From the NCBI GenBank assembly GCA_964036045.1, contig OZ038378.1:29326001-29390000 (forward strand): a DNA stretch of 64,000 bases. The letters run 5' to 3'. This document shows positions 34,747 through 47,240 of the stretch, in pieces; within the stretch, counting starts at the first letter, position 1; every line of letters begins with the position of its first letter. Source of the DNA: Eutreptiella sp. 'Long Island Sound 2002' (taxonomy: Eukaryota > Protista > Euglenida). The translations under genes were made by a program, and so were the position numbers. Under the pieces are notes generated by a model. That model did not search any database. It was not told the origin of the DNA and was given only the letters and a program-made list of their open reading frames with translations.

Positions 34747-37700
34747 CCTTACTGATGTAGCACTTTTTCACAATTTGCGTAGTACCAGGGAACTGCACGT
34801 GTGTGCCCAGGGGAAAGTGCATGCTTGCGGTGCTCTGTTGTTGCTGTTTGTTGCTGTTCGTCAGGATCTTGACAGTGTTGCGGCGGATGATACATGCATG
34901 CGCCAGCGAATTTTTTTTTTGGATATTTGTCAGGTTCCTGACAAAACAAAATGTGAATGGATATTGATGAAACATACAAGATGGCACCGATATATTGCCT
35001 TCTCGGCAATCCTATTGGTGTAGCACTGGCCGCTCCGCCCGTATTTTCACTGAGTTTGCGATGTGCACGCGACAAGGTCCCTCTGATAGCAATGCTAAAA
35101 TTTTGTGTGAGCCGGAACGTGACAGGTAACGATTCAACTTCAAACAATAGCGACTCGAAGTCGCTCTGTCAGGATCTTGACAGGAGATTGAACAACTAGC
35201 GCACAAACACGCAATCTTGCAATGTGTTGTCCTATGTGCGGTGTGCATTGTCCGATTTGGGGATCGTAATTGGGGTACGGTTAGGTTGTGTGCATGTTGA
35301 ACTACTGTCAGGATCCTAACAACAAGTGTATACCAAGATGACCTACAGAAGGAATGTAAATGAATACACCAAGTCATGCACATTCAAAATGTGACCTAAT
35401 TGTGTGGCCACGATGGCCAGTATCTCTCCACAACCGTGAATCGCTTTGTTATTTGATCGTTTATAGTTATGAATACCTAAGAGCTATGTTTGAACGACAT
35501 TCTGAGTTGCAACATGTAGAAATGATACACAAAAACAATAGCTGATAATCACCGTCACAAAAAGTAGCCCAACAAGATGTTCTTGTTGATGTGGATGAGA
35601 ACTAACCTTATTGATGTAGCACTTTTTCACAATTTGGGTAGTACCAGGAACTGCACGTGTGTGCCCAGGGGAAAGTGCATGCTTGCGGTGCTCTGTTGTT
35701 GCTGTTTGTTGCTGTCCGTCAGGATCTTGACAGTGTTGCGGCGGATGATACATGCATGCGCCAGCAAAATTTTATTTTTTTTGGATATTTGTCAGGTTCC
35801 TGACAAAACAAAATGTGAATGGATATTGATGAAACATACAAGATGGCACCGATATATTGCCTTCTCGGCAATCCTATTGGTGTAGCACTGGCCGCTCCGC
35901 CCGTATTTTCACTGAGTTTGCGATGTGCACGCGACAAGGTCCCTCTGATAGCAATGCTAAAATGTTGTGTGAGCCGGAACGTGACAGGTAACGATTCAAC
36001 TTCAAATAATAGCGACTCGAAGTCGCTCTGTCAGGATCTTGACAGGAGATTGAACAACTAGCGCACAAACACGCAATCTTGCAATGTGTTGTCCTATGTG
36101 CGGTGTGCATTGTCCGGTTTGGGGATCGTAATTGGGGTACGGTTAGGTTGTGTGCATGTTGAACTACTGTCAGGATCCTAACAACAAGTGTATACCAAGA
36201 TGATTTACAGAAGGAATGTAAATGAATACACCAAGTCATGCACATTCAAAATGTGACCTAATTGTGTGGCCACGATGGCCAGTCCCTCTCCACAACCGTG
36301 AATCGCTTTGTTATTTGATCGTTTATACTTATGAATACCTAAGAGCTATGTTTGAACGACATTCTGAGTTGCAACATGTAGAAATGATACAAAAAAACAA
36401 TAGCTGATAATCACCGTCACAAAAAGTAGCCCAACAAGATGTTCTTGTTGATGTGGATGAGAACTAACCTTATTGATGTAGCACTTTTTCACAATTTGGG
36501 TAGTACCAGGAACTGCACGTGTGTGCCCAGGGGAAAGTGCATGCTTGCGGTGCTCTGTTGTTGCTGTTTGTTGCTGTCCGTCAGGATCTTGACAGTGTTG
36601 CGGCGGATGATACATGCATGCGCCAGCAAATTTTTTTTTTTTGGATATTTGTCAGGTTCCTGACAAAACAAAATGTGAATGGATATTGATGAAACATACA
36701 AGATGGCACCGATATATTGCCTTCTCGGCAATCCTATTGGTGTAGCACTGGCCGCTCCGCCCGTATTTTCACTGAGTTTGCGATGTGCACGCGACAAGGT
36801 CCCTCTGATAGCAATGCTAAAATGTTGTGTGAGCCGGAACGTGACAGGTAACGATTCAACTTCAATCAATAGCGACTCGAAGTCGCTCTGTCAGGATCCT
36901 GACAGGAGATTGAACAACTAGCGCACAAACACGCAATCTTGCAATGTGTTGTCCTATGTGCGGTGTGCATTGTCCGGTTTGGGGATCGTAATTGGGGTAC
37001 GGTTAGGTTGTGTGCATGTTGAACTACTGTCAAGATTCTAACAACAAGTGTATACCACGATGACCTACAGAAGGAGTGTAAATGAATACACCAAGTCATG
37101 CACATTCAAAATGTGACCTAATTGTGTGGCCACGATGGCCAGTATCTCTCCACAACCGTGAATCGCTTTGTTATTTGATCGTTTATAGTTATGAATACCT
37201 AAGAGCTATGTTTGAACGACATTCTGAGTTGCAACATGTAGAAATGATACACAAAAACAATAGCTGATAATCACCGTCACAAAAAGTAGCCCAACAAGAT
37301 GTTCTTGTTGATGTGGATGAGAACTAACCTTACTGATGTAGCACTTTTTCACAATTTGCGTAGTACCAGGAACTGCACGTGTGTGCCCAGGGGAAAGTGC
37401 ATGCTTGCGGTGCTCTGTTGTTGCTGTTTGTTGCTGTTCGTCAGGATCTTGACAGTGTTGCGGCGGATGATACATGCATGCGCCAGCAAAATTATTTTTT
37501 TTGGATATTTGTCAGGTTCCTAACAAAACAAAATGTGAATGGATATTGATGAAACATACAAGATGGCACCGATATATTGCCTTCTCGGCAATCCTATTGG
37601 TGTAGCACTGGCCGCTCCGCCCGTATTTTCACTGAGTTTGCGATGTGCACGCGACAAGGTCCCTCTGATAGCAATGCTAAAATGTTGTGTGAGCCGGAAC

Positions 37701-38168
37701 GTGACAGGTAACGATTCAACTTCAAACAATAGCGACTCGAAATCGCTCTGTCAGGATCCTGACAGGAGATTGAACAACTAGCGCACAAACACGCAATCTT
37801 GCAATGTGTTGTCCTATGTGCGGTGTGCATTGTCCGGTTTGGGGATCGTAATTGGGGTACGGTTAGGTTGTGTGCATGTTGAACTACTGTCAGGATCCTA
37901 ACAACAAGTGTATACCAAGATGACCTACAGAAGGAGTGTAAATGAATACACCAAGTCATGCACATTCAAAATGTGACCTAATTGTGTGGCCACGATGGCC
38001 AGTATCTCTCCACAACCGTGAATCGCTTTGTTATTTGATCGTTTATAGTTATGAATACCTAAGAGCTATGTTTGAACGACATTCCGAGTTGCAACATGTA
38101 GAAATGATACAAAAAAACAACAGCTGATGATCACCGTCACAAAAAGTAGCCCAACAAGATGTTCTTGT
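34729..38168 (+). repeat. Four near-identical tandem copies of an ~860-bp unit, each with four palindromes
   Basis: Equivalent ORF starts at 34957, 35819, 36679 and 37539 (spacing 862, 860, 860). Confidence 0.97.
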
Positions 38169-38319
38169 ATTGCGGCCTTTTTTGTGCCGCGAACGCTCCA
38201 GAAGGGCCTTCTGCACGTTGGTTCTCCCTTCAAATATATAGGGTATAATCTATAGGGTCTCACAAGAACGCATGACGTCTTCCCAGTCCCCATTGTCCCA
38301 ATCCTCAGCGGGTAAATAG

Positions 38320-41300
38320 GGTGGCAGATGCAGGAGGCGCAAGAGCTAGCGTCATGAAGAAGAAGTGCCGGACGGCGATCAGCTAGAGGAGTAGCAAGAT
38401 GATCCGGGGCCACTAACCCCGAAAGAGAAGTCTGAAGAGGAAAGTACCGAGAAGCACGGCCACAAGAAGCACAGGCAGAAGAAGACCAGTCAAGGCAACG
38501 GCACAACCTAGTTGGCACAGAAGACCTCCTCGAAGCAGCCGTCTGGTAGCAACGGCGGAATGCTGTTTGGTGACACACCCACGCTTTGGGACCCCGCTGA
38601 GGCCACATTCGACGGTTGGATTCAACGCAAGGAGGTGGTACCACGGACTATGTTGAAGGTGGACGACAATCGGAGCTTGGGCCAGACACGATACGTGGAT
38701 CCGGACCGCGTGGCGGAGATCATGATCAACATGAAGGAGGATTCGCTGCCTGCGGGCGGGCGGGTTGAACTGTATTTTGACCTTTCCACACGGTGTGTTA
38801 CTTGTCATTTAAGATAATGGTGTTTCGCATGTCACCATGTGTGTATCACTAGGCCACTGTCAGGATCTTGACAGCACGTTGTGCGACATGGGATATTATT
38901 CCACACATAGTCATGCCATGTTGTGAAAGAGACATAGTGCCAATGTCAGGATTATGAGCGCATTACTGCCAAAACATCTGACACCACACACGGGGGGGCG
39001 GCCGGGCCCGGTCCTTGTATGCGACACCCCCCAGCCCCCCCCCCCCCCCGGGTTTTGAAAGATAGTGGTGCCGGGTCGGCCACCAGCAAGTGTCCCTAGA
39101 GAAAACTGTCCGGCGCCAAAGGTGCCATTTTTTTTTTCATACTATGTGTTTATACTCAAAATGCTCAAAATTTTGTAGAGAATTCATATTTGGGCTATAG
39201 GAGGGCTGCAGGCCCTAATAGCAACCCTAACCCTAACCCTAACCCTAACCCTAGGGCTAACCCTAACCCTAGGGCTAACCTTAACCCTTACCTTAACCCC
39301 AACCCCAACCCTAATCCCCCCCCTCACCCCATCCGACGCCCCCCTGACCCCCGGCCAGACCCCCCCCCGACCCCCGGCAGGACCCCCCCCCAGACCCCTG
39401 GTAGGACCCCCCCGACCCCCAGCCGGACCCCCCCCGACTCCCGGCCAGACCCCCCCCGACCCCCGGCCGGACCCCCCCCCAACTCTGCCCCCCCCCCCCC
39501 CCCCCCCCCCGAGTTTTGACAGATAGCTGGGGGGTATGTCGCATCAGGACCGGTTGTAGTCGCCCCCCCGTGACACCACATACACAAAGCATTGTCAGGA
39601 TCCTGCCAGGACAATTGCCATTTCTTCATTTTAGGTGGACGTCCCGCAGTCCTTGGAAGCCCATGTGAGGAAGAGTATGCGGAATGCGAGAGGAACCGTA
39701 CTACACCGGTTGACTTCATGGGGAAGTACTTGTCCTAGACCCTGAAAGCCGCCACACCCCTCGAGATCCGTGAGGTTCCTGCGGGTAAGCACAATCGCAT
39801 TCAATACGGGTGCTCCCCACAAAGTCCGAAACAACGTGTTGTCTGCCTTCAACGTGAGCTGCACCGTCGTCCTGATGCTCCTCTGGTTGACATGATCAAG
39901 TCTATGATCACCAAGACTGCCTACACGGCGCAAGACGGGACATTCGACGCAATTCACAAACGCCGGTTCCTGCTTGCAAAGGTTCTGCGCCAGGGTGGTG
40001 CCGCTGTTGTGGAGGCCGTTGCCAAGCTGCAGGGAAAGAAAATGGAGCCGAAGTTCGAGGACTTCGTCTGTGTACAGGGCCTGCTACCACCGGAGGTGAA
40101 CAAGGTTGTGGCCCTCATCACCAGTATTGGCTTCAGTGTTGCAGCAATGCGCAAGCTTTGTACGCAGATGAAGGCCAACCGATTGTACGACTGGCATCTT
40201 GTGAACCCCGGAAACGAGCAAATGCACAAATCCAACAATTATGTGGTCACTTGTTGCATATGTGGTCACTTGTTGCACCCTATCATGTTACATGTACCGC
40301 ATTGTCACGTGGGTGAGACTGTGTATCAAATGTCTACCTCTTTAGGGACTCGTGCCAAGTGGTAGCGTATTCTCAATGAAGTTCCTGGTTCTGATTTTGC
40401 TGTTTGCCTGCTGCCTAAATGGGAATGGTCGCCAGAGTGTCTGCGTTCTCCGATTGGAACCATCATGAAGGCAAGGTTGTGGTCCAACCACAACTATGGT
40501 GCCCTGCGGTCGCTTTTGTCTCCCGCATTGGTCCCGCCATCGGTGTGTTCTGGTGCCCTGCACCCGCAGTTGGATGTTAGAATTCCGACGTAACGCCACT
40601 GATGTTCAGGGTCCACTAGGCCATGGGACATTTCAAGGGGACTCACTGTCAAGATCTTGACAGCGATTGCCGCATAGGCATATCGGGTTATTATTAGATA
40701 TTACATCTCCCGTCCTATACCTCACATTGATAGCTGTGACATCGCTGATCTCCATCGCGTGACTCTGCCGCATGAAATTGGTACAACTAGTAAGGTGGTC
40801 CACGTGATCAACGGCGTGCCTAGCAAGCCGGTTCTAGCTGAGAGATCATCTCCATCGAGTATTGGTTCGTAGCAGTAAGTTTGCCGAAAGGATGGTGTGC
40901 AAGAGTGCATCCATTGGTTGCACGGCCACTGACCAAGGAGGAGTTTGTGGTTATGATTGCCGGGGAATCTAGTGACGTGAGCATGCTCCCGCAGTTGGTG
41001 GATGACGACCTGGACATTGATCCGTATCATTACACCATCACGCTCTACAACACCGGTTTGGTGTCCACGCGCTACAATATGATGCAGAAGACTATGCGGA
41101 TCCTCTTGTCGCAACAAAGCGCAAAAAAGGTATGTGCCTGTGTGATACATCTTACTGTTGAGAGAGGCGCTTCTACTGCGGGCCTTTATTCTGCTTTCTT
41201 GCTTTTCTCAGTTTCCCGCGGTACGTGGCGTACAACCTGTGTGACCGGACAGATCCGCTGTTGGAGGTCATCAGTTCGGTTTCGCAGATGTTCGACATTG

Positions 41301-42007
41301 AGGTTCCGGACAACGTGACGGCTCTTTGGGCGCCGGTGGCCACTTCGACCGCCTTGCTGGCTGCGGATCTGCCAATGCGGGCGGATGTTGAGTTGAGCGC
41401 CGTTCACTTGAATATGGATGCATCATCCACTAGTGGCAAGGCAATGCTGGAGAAAGTGGGTGCGCAGATGCAGGAGGTGGCTTCCTGGAAGCGATTGGAT
41501 TTCAAGCTCATTGCTAAGAAGTTCGCTTGTGGTGAACCTCTGGGCCATGAATCTAGTGACGATGATGGGGAGGATGATGAACCGGGTATACATGTTCATG
41601 TGCAAAACTGTGCTTCTGCGTTTTGCTCTTATACGTGCTCGGTATACATTGTCACGATCCTGACAACCTTTGGTCCTAAGTGATTTGGGTTATATTCTTA
41701 GGCAATCTTTTATGTTGCTATTGTCAGGATCCTCACAGCAACGCATTACTCGTTCGCATCCCTCAATCTCATTTTGCTTGTCTACACAGAGACCCCATTT
41801 AAGCAGAAGGAGATCCCGAGTCAGAAGATGGCCAAGCTAGCACCCAAGGTGGTGCAGAAGCCGATTGCCGCAACGGAAACGAAGCAGTCTGCTAAGCCGC
41901 GGACTGGTTCGAAGAGGAGCAGTGACGAGTTTGCCGGTGTCCTTCAGCCTAAGAAGCGTGGTGGTTTCGCGCCGCTGAAGGAGAAGATGGTCGGTGTTAA
42001 GAAGTAG
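38320..42007 (+). pseudogene. Element ORF2: decayed multi-exon gene with an N-terminal ParB-like segment, acidic patch and basic NLS-like tail
   Basis: EVVPRTMLKVDDNRSLGQTRYVDPDRVAEIMINMKEDSLP...VELYFD (38630-38790). Donors at 38793, 41130 and 41586; acceptors TTTTAG (~39633), TCTCAG (41211) and ACACAG (41789). The last intron (41586-41789) is phase-consistent (DDEP-E-TPFK). Several TAG stops; not all junction phases reconcile. Confidence 0.6.
38989..39572. mobile_element. 584-bp MITE with 12-bp TIRs and 8-bp TSD (hAT-like), containing (CCCTAA)n
   Basis: TIRs CACGGGGGGGCG and CGCCCCCCCGTG; TSD ACACCACA at 38981-38988 and 39573-39580; telomeric tract at ~39226-39315; C-rich repeats at 39320-39510. 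Confidence 0.92.
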
Positions 42008-42454
42008 GTTGTGTCGGCTACAGTTGATTCATTGTTTCGAATGTTAATGATCTTTTATGTTTAGAGTTTTCACCTGTCCTCTTTTGTCACACTTCAGCTA
42101 TCAGTGTGATGTCTGTCTGTTCATTCAGGGGCAGTCATGTGGTCGGTGTGGTCGGTGTGGTCGGTGTGGGGGATGGTGACTCACTGTATACATCTTGCCG
42201 CACGGGTTCCTTTGGGGAATGTACTGCCATTTAATCGAATACTGTACCATATCTACTAGCAGGATCCTGACAAAGATCACTTCTATTTAGCGGTGTTCAC
42301 AGGTCAAGTTGCTGCTGTCAGATTCCTGATAGGTCTCGCGGGAGGTAAGCCGCCTCCCCTCTTCATGCGCGGAGCTTCTTCCTGTATCGTCACAGGGGCG
42401 ACGCCAGGGGGAACCGTGGGGCGCCTCTCCACGACCGAGTGCACCTACCTACCT

Positions 42455-42822
42455 ACTTACAAAGGTAGCACAGAAACAAAAAAAAAGATACTGTTTTCTG
42501 CGGTGCCCCTACACAAACAATTAGGAAGCTAAATTTTGCACACGCAATTTGCAGTCCAAACACACACAACTACTATTGTCAGGTTCTTGACAAGGAATTG
42601 GGACCTTGCAAACTGTCAAGTTTATTTTATTTTGACAACAAGAGCTCACCAGACGGCACACTAGGAAATATATGTAAATCTTAACTTGAAAATCAATAGT
42701 TCGTTAACATACCACATCACCCAATGACAAACTGATTTTTCCTATGGAACACATATCCAACATTTCCCATCCTCGAGGAGAAAAACAATGGGTAATTTAC
42801 AGCACTAGCACTGTGTGATACG
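42455..42822 (-). repeat. Inverted copy of element sequence 47445-47810
   Basis: For example, GCGGTGCCCCTACACAAACAATTAGGAAGCTAAATTTTGCACACGC is the reverse complement of 47735-47785. Confidence 0.9.
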
Positions 42823-45775
42823 TCCCCTCCTTTGGGCGGAACCCTAGGGGTTCACCGGACTTCCTGGCGTATCCCTTTCCCAAGGCATGCCGGCGGCATC
42901 GTCTTGGTACTTGGGTTCCGAGGTGCTTGGGTGTCGCACACTCCGCCTCGAGTCCCAAAGCACCCGAGGCTTTAGGATGCAGCCTTAACCCCGGTCTCCG
43001 GGTCACGTTTGGCCGGGTCACCTGCATGGCGCGGGCTGCCTCAGTGCCCGGGCTATGGACACTGGGTTTCCTACCATTGTGTTGCGCGTGCGTTTGGGTT
43101 TGGGTTTTGCCGTTACCCCGCTGTTCCCGGCTAGGGACGGTGCCGTGCGTGCTTGGGTTCGGGTTTTCGCATTCGTCCCACCATTTCCGGCCAGGGCCCG
43201 TGGCTTGCGTGCTTGGGTACGGGTTGTGCCTTTATCCCGCCTTTCCTAGTTGGGGTTTGTAGTGTGCGCGTTTGGGTATGGGTGGTGCCCTACCCCCGCC
43301 ATTCCTGGCTGGGGTTGGTGGCGTCTGTGTTTGGGTGTGGGTTTTGCCTGTACCCCGCCATTCGTGGCTTGGGTTTGCGGTGTGTGTTCAGGCACGGGTT
43401 TCGACTTAACCTCACCTGCCGTGGCTGAGGTTTGTGGCTTGAGTGTTTGGGTCCGCTTGTTCGCCTGAACTCCGCCAATCTTGGCGTGGGCCTTTGGTGT
43501 GTGTGTTTGGGTTTGGTTTTTCGCCGTACCCCCGCCTTTCCTGGTTGGGGCTTGGTTGGGTGGGTGGTCCCTCGCCAATCCTGGCGGAGGGCCATGTGAG
43601 TGTAGTTCCCCGCCATTCCTGGCTGGGGCCTGCCGCCATTTTTGGTGGGGCGGTCCCTCGCCATTCCTGGCGGAGGGCCCTGTGGGTGTTGTTCCCCGCC
43701 CTTCGTGGCTCGGGCCCGCTGTTGGCTTTGGTGGTCTGGGTGGTCCCTCGCCACTCTTGGTGGAGGGCCTTGTGGGTGCGGTTCCCCGCCATTCCTGGCT
43801 GGGGCTTGCTGCTGCTTTTGGTGGGGTGGTCCCTCGCCATTCTTGGCGGAGGGCCCTGTGGGTGTTGTTTCCCGGCATTCCTGGCTCGGGCCTGCTGTTG
43901 CCTTTGGTGGGTTGGGTGGTCCCTCGCCATTCCTGGCGGAGGGCCCTTTGGGTGCCATTCCCCGCCATTCCTTGCTGGGGCCTACTGCTGGCTTTGGTGG
44001 GGTGGGTGGTCCCTCGCCATTCCTGCCCGAGGGCCTTGTGGGCGCAGTTTCCCGCCATTCCTGGCTTGGGCCTGCTGCTGGCTTTGGTGGGGCGGGTGGT
44101 CCCTCGTCTATCCTAGTGGAGGGTCCCGTGGCTGCCGTTCCCCACCATTCCTGGTTGGGGCTTGTTGCTGGCTGGTGGGGTGGCTGGTCCCTCGCCATTC
44201 CTGGCGGAGGGCCTTGTGGGTGCCTTTCCCCGCCATTCGTGGCTGGGGCCTGCTGCTGGCTTTGGTGGGGTGGGTGGTCCCTCGCCATTCCTGGCGGAGG
44301 GCCCTGTGGGTGCCTTTCCCCGCCATTCTTGGCTGGGGCCTGCTGCTTGCTTTGGTGGGGTGGGTGGTCCTCCGCCAGTCCTGGCGGAGGGCCCTGCGGG
44401 TGCCGTTCCCCGCCATTCCTGGCTTGGGCGTGCTGCTGGCTTTGGTGGGGTGGGTGGTCCCCCGCCATTCCCGGCGGAGGGCCTTGTGGGCGCAGTTCCC
44501 CGCCATTCCTGGCTGGGGCCTGCTGTCGGCTTTGGCGGGGTGGGTGGACCCTCGGCATTCGTGGCGGAGGGCCTTGTGGGCGCCTTTCCCCGCCATTCGT
44601 GGCTGGGGCCTGCTGCTGGCTTTGGTGGGGTGGGTGGTCCTCCGCCAATCCTGGCGGAGGGCCCTGCGGGTGCCGTTCCCCGCCATTCGTGGCTTGGGCG
44701 TGCTGCTGGCTTTGGTGGGGTGGGTGGTCCCTCGCCATTCTTGGCGGAGGGCCTTGTGGGCGCAGTTCCCCGCCATTCCTGGCTGGGGCCTGCTGCTGGC
44801 TTTGGCGGGGTGGGTGGACCCTCGCCATTCCTGGCGGAGGGCCTTGTGGGCGCAGTTCCCCGCCATTCCTGGCTGGGGCGTGCTGCTGGCTTTGGTGGGG
44901 TGGGTGGTCCCTCGCCATTCCTGGCGGAGGGCCCTGTGGGTGCCTTTCCCCGCCATTCCTGGCCTGGGCCTGCTGCTGGCTTTGGTGGGGTGGGTGGTCC
45001 CTCGCCATTCCTTGCGGAGGGCCCTGTGGGTGTTGCTCCCCGCCCTTCCTTGCTGAGGCTTGCTGTCGGCTTTGCTGGGGTGGGTGGCCGCTCGTCTATC
45101 CTGGTGGAGGGCCCTGTGGCTCCAGTCCCCGCCTCTCCTGGGGGGCCGCCGCTGTCTGTGGTGGGGGGGGTCCTCGGGCCTTCTTGGGGGAGGCTCCTGT
45201 GGGTGTTGTTCTCCGCCTTTCCTGGCTGTGGGCTAGTGTTGGCTGAGGTCGGACCGGCCTCTCGCCTTGCGCGGTGGTGGGCCTTGTGGGTGTTGCCCCC
45301 CGCCCTTTCCGGGTCTCCCTTTTTCCCCCTGGGGCGGTGTGCGGTGGGGGGTTTGCCTCGTCCTCCCTCTGCCCTCCCTGCGCTGGCGTATGCGCTGGTC
45401 AGTGTGGGTTTTTCCGACTTGTGTGTCGCTGTGCTGGGTTTGACCGCGGGCGTTGCCCCGGCTCAGTGCGCCTTGTGGTTTATGTACACGTGTGGCCGGT
45501 GGCCCGCCCAGCTGGGGTGGGGGTTAGGTTCCGGCGCTTCTGGCTGGGCCGTTGCGCCAGCCGGTTCTCTTGTGCGCGCAGGGGTCAAGGGCGGTGGGGG
45601 GTGGCTGGGGTGCCTTTGTGGGGGTGGGGTTGCCCGGTGCTCCCCCCGCCCCTTTGTCGCTCGTTGGCGCCCGGCGGGTTTAACTTTCTTTCGGCCCGTG
45701 GTGGTTTGTGCGGGCGGGCCGTCGTCGGCGTGGGGGGGAGGGGACTGTGTCCAGTTCTTCCGGCCTCGTAACCGG
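42823..45775. mobile_element. GC-rich inserted repeat with a 90-bp tandem array (~43500-45100)
   Basis: Unit CCCTCGCCATTCCTGGCGGAGGGCCCTGTGGGTGCC.TTCCCCGCCATTCCTGGCTGGGGCCTGCTGCTGGCTTTGGTGGGGTGGGTGGT recurs at 44191, 44281, 44371, 44461 and onward. Confidence 0.85.
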
Positions 45776-47240
45776 AGTACTTGTTCGTAGCAGTAAGTTT
45801 GCCGAAAGGATGGTGTGCAAGAGTGCATCCATTGGTGGCATGGGCACTGACCAAGGAGGAGTTTGTGGTTATGATTGCCGGGGAATCTGGTGACGTGAGC
45901 ACGCTCCTGCAGTTGGTGGATGATGACCTGGACATTGATCCGTATCATTACACCATCACGCTCTAGAACACCGGTTTGGTGTCCACGCGCTACAGTATGA
46001 TGCAGAAGACTATGCGGATCCTCATGTCGCAACAAAGCGCAAAAAATGTATGTGCCTGTTTGATACATCTTACTGTTGAGAGAGGCGCTTCTACTGCGGG
46101 CCTTTATTCTGCTTTCTTGCTTTTCTCAGTTTCCCGCGGTACGTGGCGTACAACCTGTGTGACCGGACAGATCCGCTGTTGGAGGTCATCAGTTCGGTTT
46201 CGCAGATGTTCGACATTGAGGTTCCGGACAACGTGGCGGCTCTTTGGGCGCCGGTGGCCACTTCGACCGCCTTGCTGCCTGCGGATCTGCCAATGCGGGC
46301 GGATGTTGAGTTGAGCGCCGTTCACTTGAATATGGATGCATCCACTAGTGTCAAGGCAATGTTGGAGAAAGTGGGTGCGCAGATGCAGGAGGTGGATTCC
46401 TGGAAGCGATTGGATTTCAAGCTCATTGCTAAGAAGTTCGCTTGTGGTGAACCTCTGGGCTATGAATCTAGTGACGATGATGGGGAGGATGATGAACCGG
46501 GTATACATGTTCATGTGCATTACTGTGCTTCCGCGTTTTGCTCTTGTACGTGCTCGGTATACATTGTCACGATCCTGACAACCTTTGGTCCTAAGTGATT
46601 TGGGTTATATTCTTAGGCAATCTTTTATGTTGCTATTGTCAGGATCCTCACAGCAACGCATTACTCGTTCGCATCCCTCAATCTCATTTTGCTTGTCTAC
46701 ACAGAGACCCCAATTAAGCAGAAGGAGATCCCGAGTCAGAAGATGGCCAAGCTAGCACCCAAGGTGGTGCAGAAGCCGATTGCCGCAACGGAAACGAAGC
46801 AGTCTGCTAAGCCGCGGACTGCGAAGAGGAGCAGTGACGAGTTCGCCGGTGTCCCTCAGCCTAAGAAGTGTGGTGGTTTCGCGCCGCTGAAGGAGAAGAT
46901 GGTCGGTGTTAAGAAGTAGGTTGTGCCGGCTACAGTTGATTCATTGTTTCAAATGTTAATGATCTTTTATGTTTACAGTTTTCACCTGTTTTCTTTTGTC
47001 ACACCTCAGCTATCAGTGTGATGTCTATCTGTTCATTCAGGGGCAGTCATGTGGTCGGTGTGGTCGGTGCGGTCGGTGTGGTGGATGGTGACTCACTGTA
47101 TACATATTGTCGCACGGGTTCCTTTGGGGAATGTAGTGCCATTTAATCGAATACTGTACCATATCTACTAGCAGGATCCTGACAAAGATCACTTCTATTT
47201 AGCGGTTTACACAGGTCAAGTTGCTGCTGTCAGATTCCTT
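45776..47240 (+). pseudogene. ~1.45-kb direct duplicate of the 3' part of ORF2 (40865-42325)
   Basis: Near-identical sequence from GTTCGTAGCAGTAAGTTTGCCG to GCTGCTGTCAGATTCCT; has an extra TAG at ~45964. Confidence 0.92.

Noticed and set aside
34957-37781. Four-copy 80-aa 'MDIDETYKMAP' gene cluster
   Set aside because: The ORF recurs only because the 860-bp unit is duplicated. It has no recognisable domain or coding bias, though part could be an ORF2 5' exon.
34729-38168. CRISPR-like repeat-spacer array (palindromes with spacers)
   Set aside because: Spacers are 55-400 bp, irregular and themselves tandemly duplicated. There are no cas genes and the context is eukaryotic.
43246-45790. Overlapping 530-570-aa ORFs on both strands
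   Set aside because: They arise from a stop-free 90-bp GC-rich tandem repeat that is open in several frames at once, with no domain-like content.
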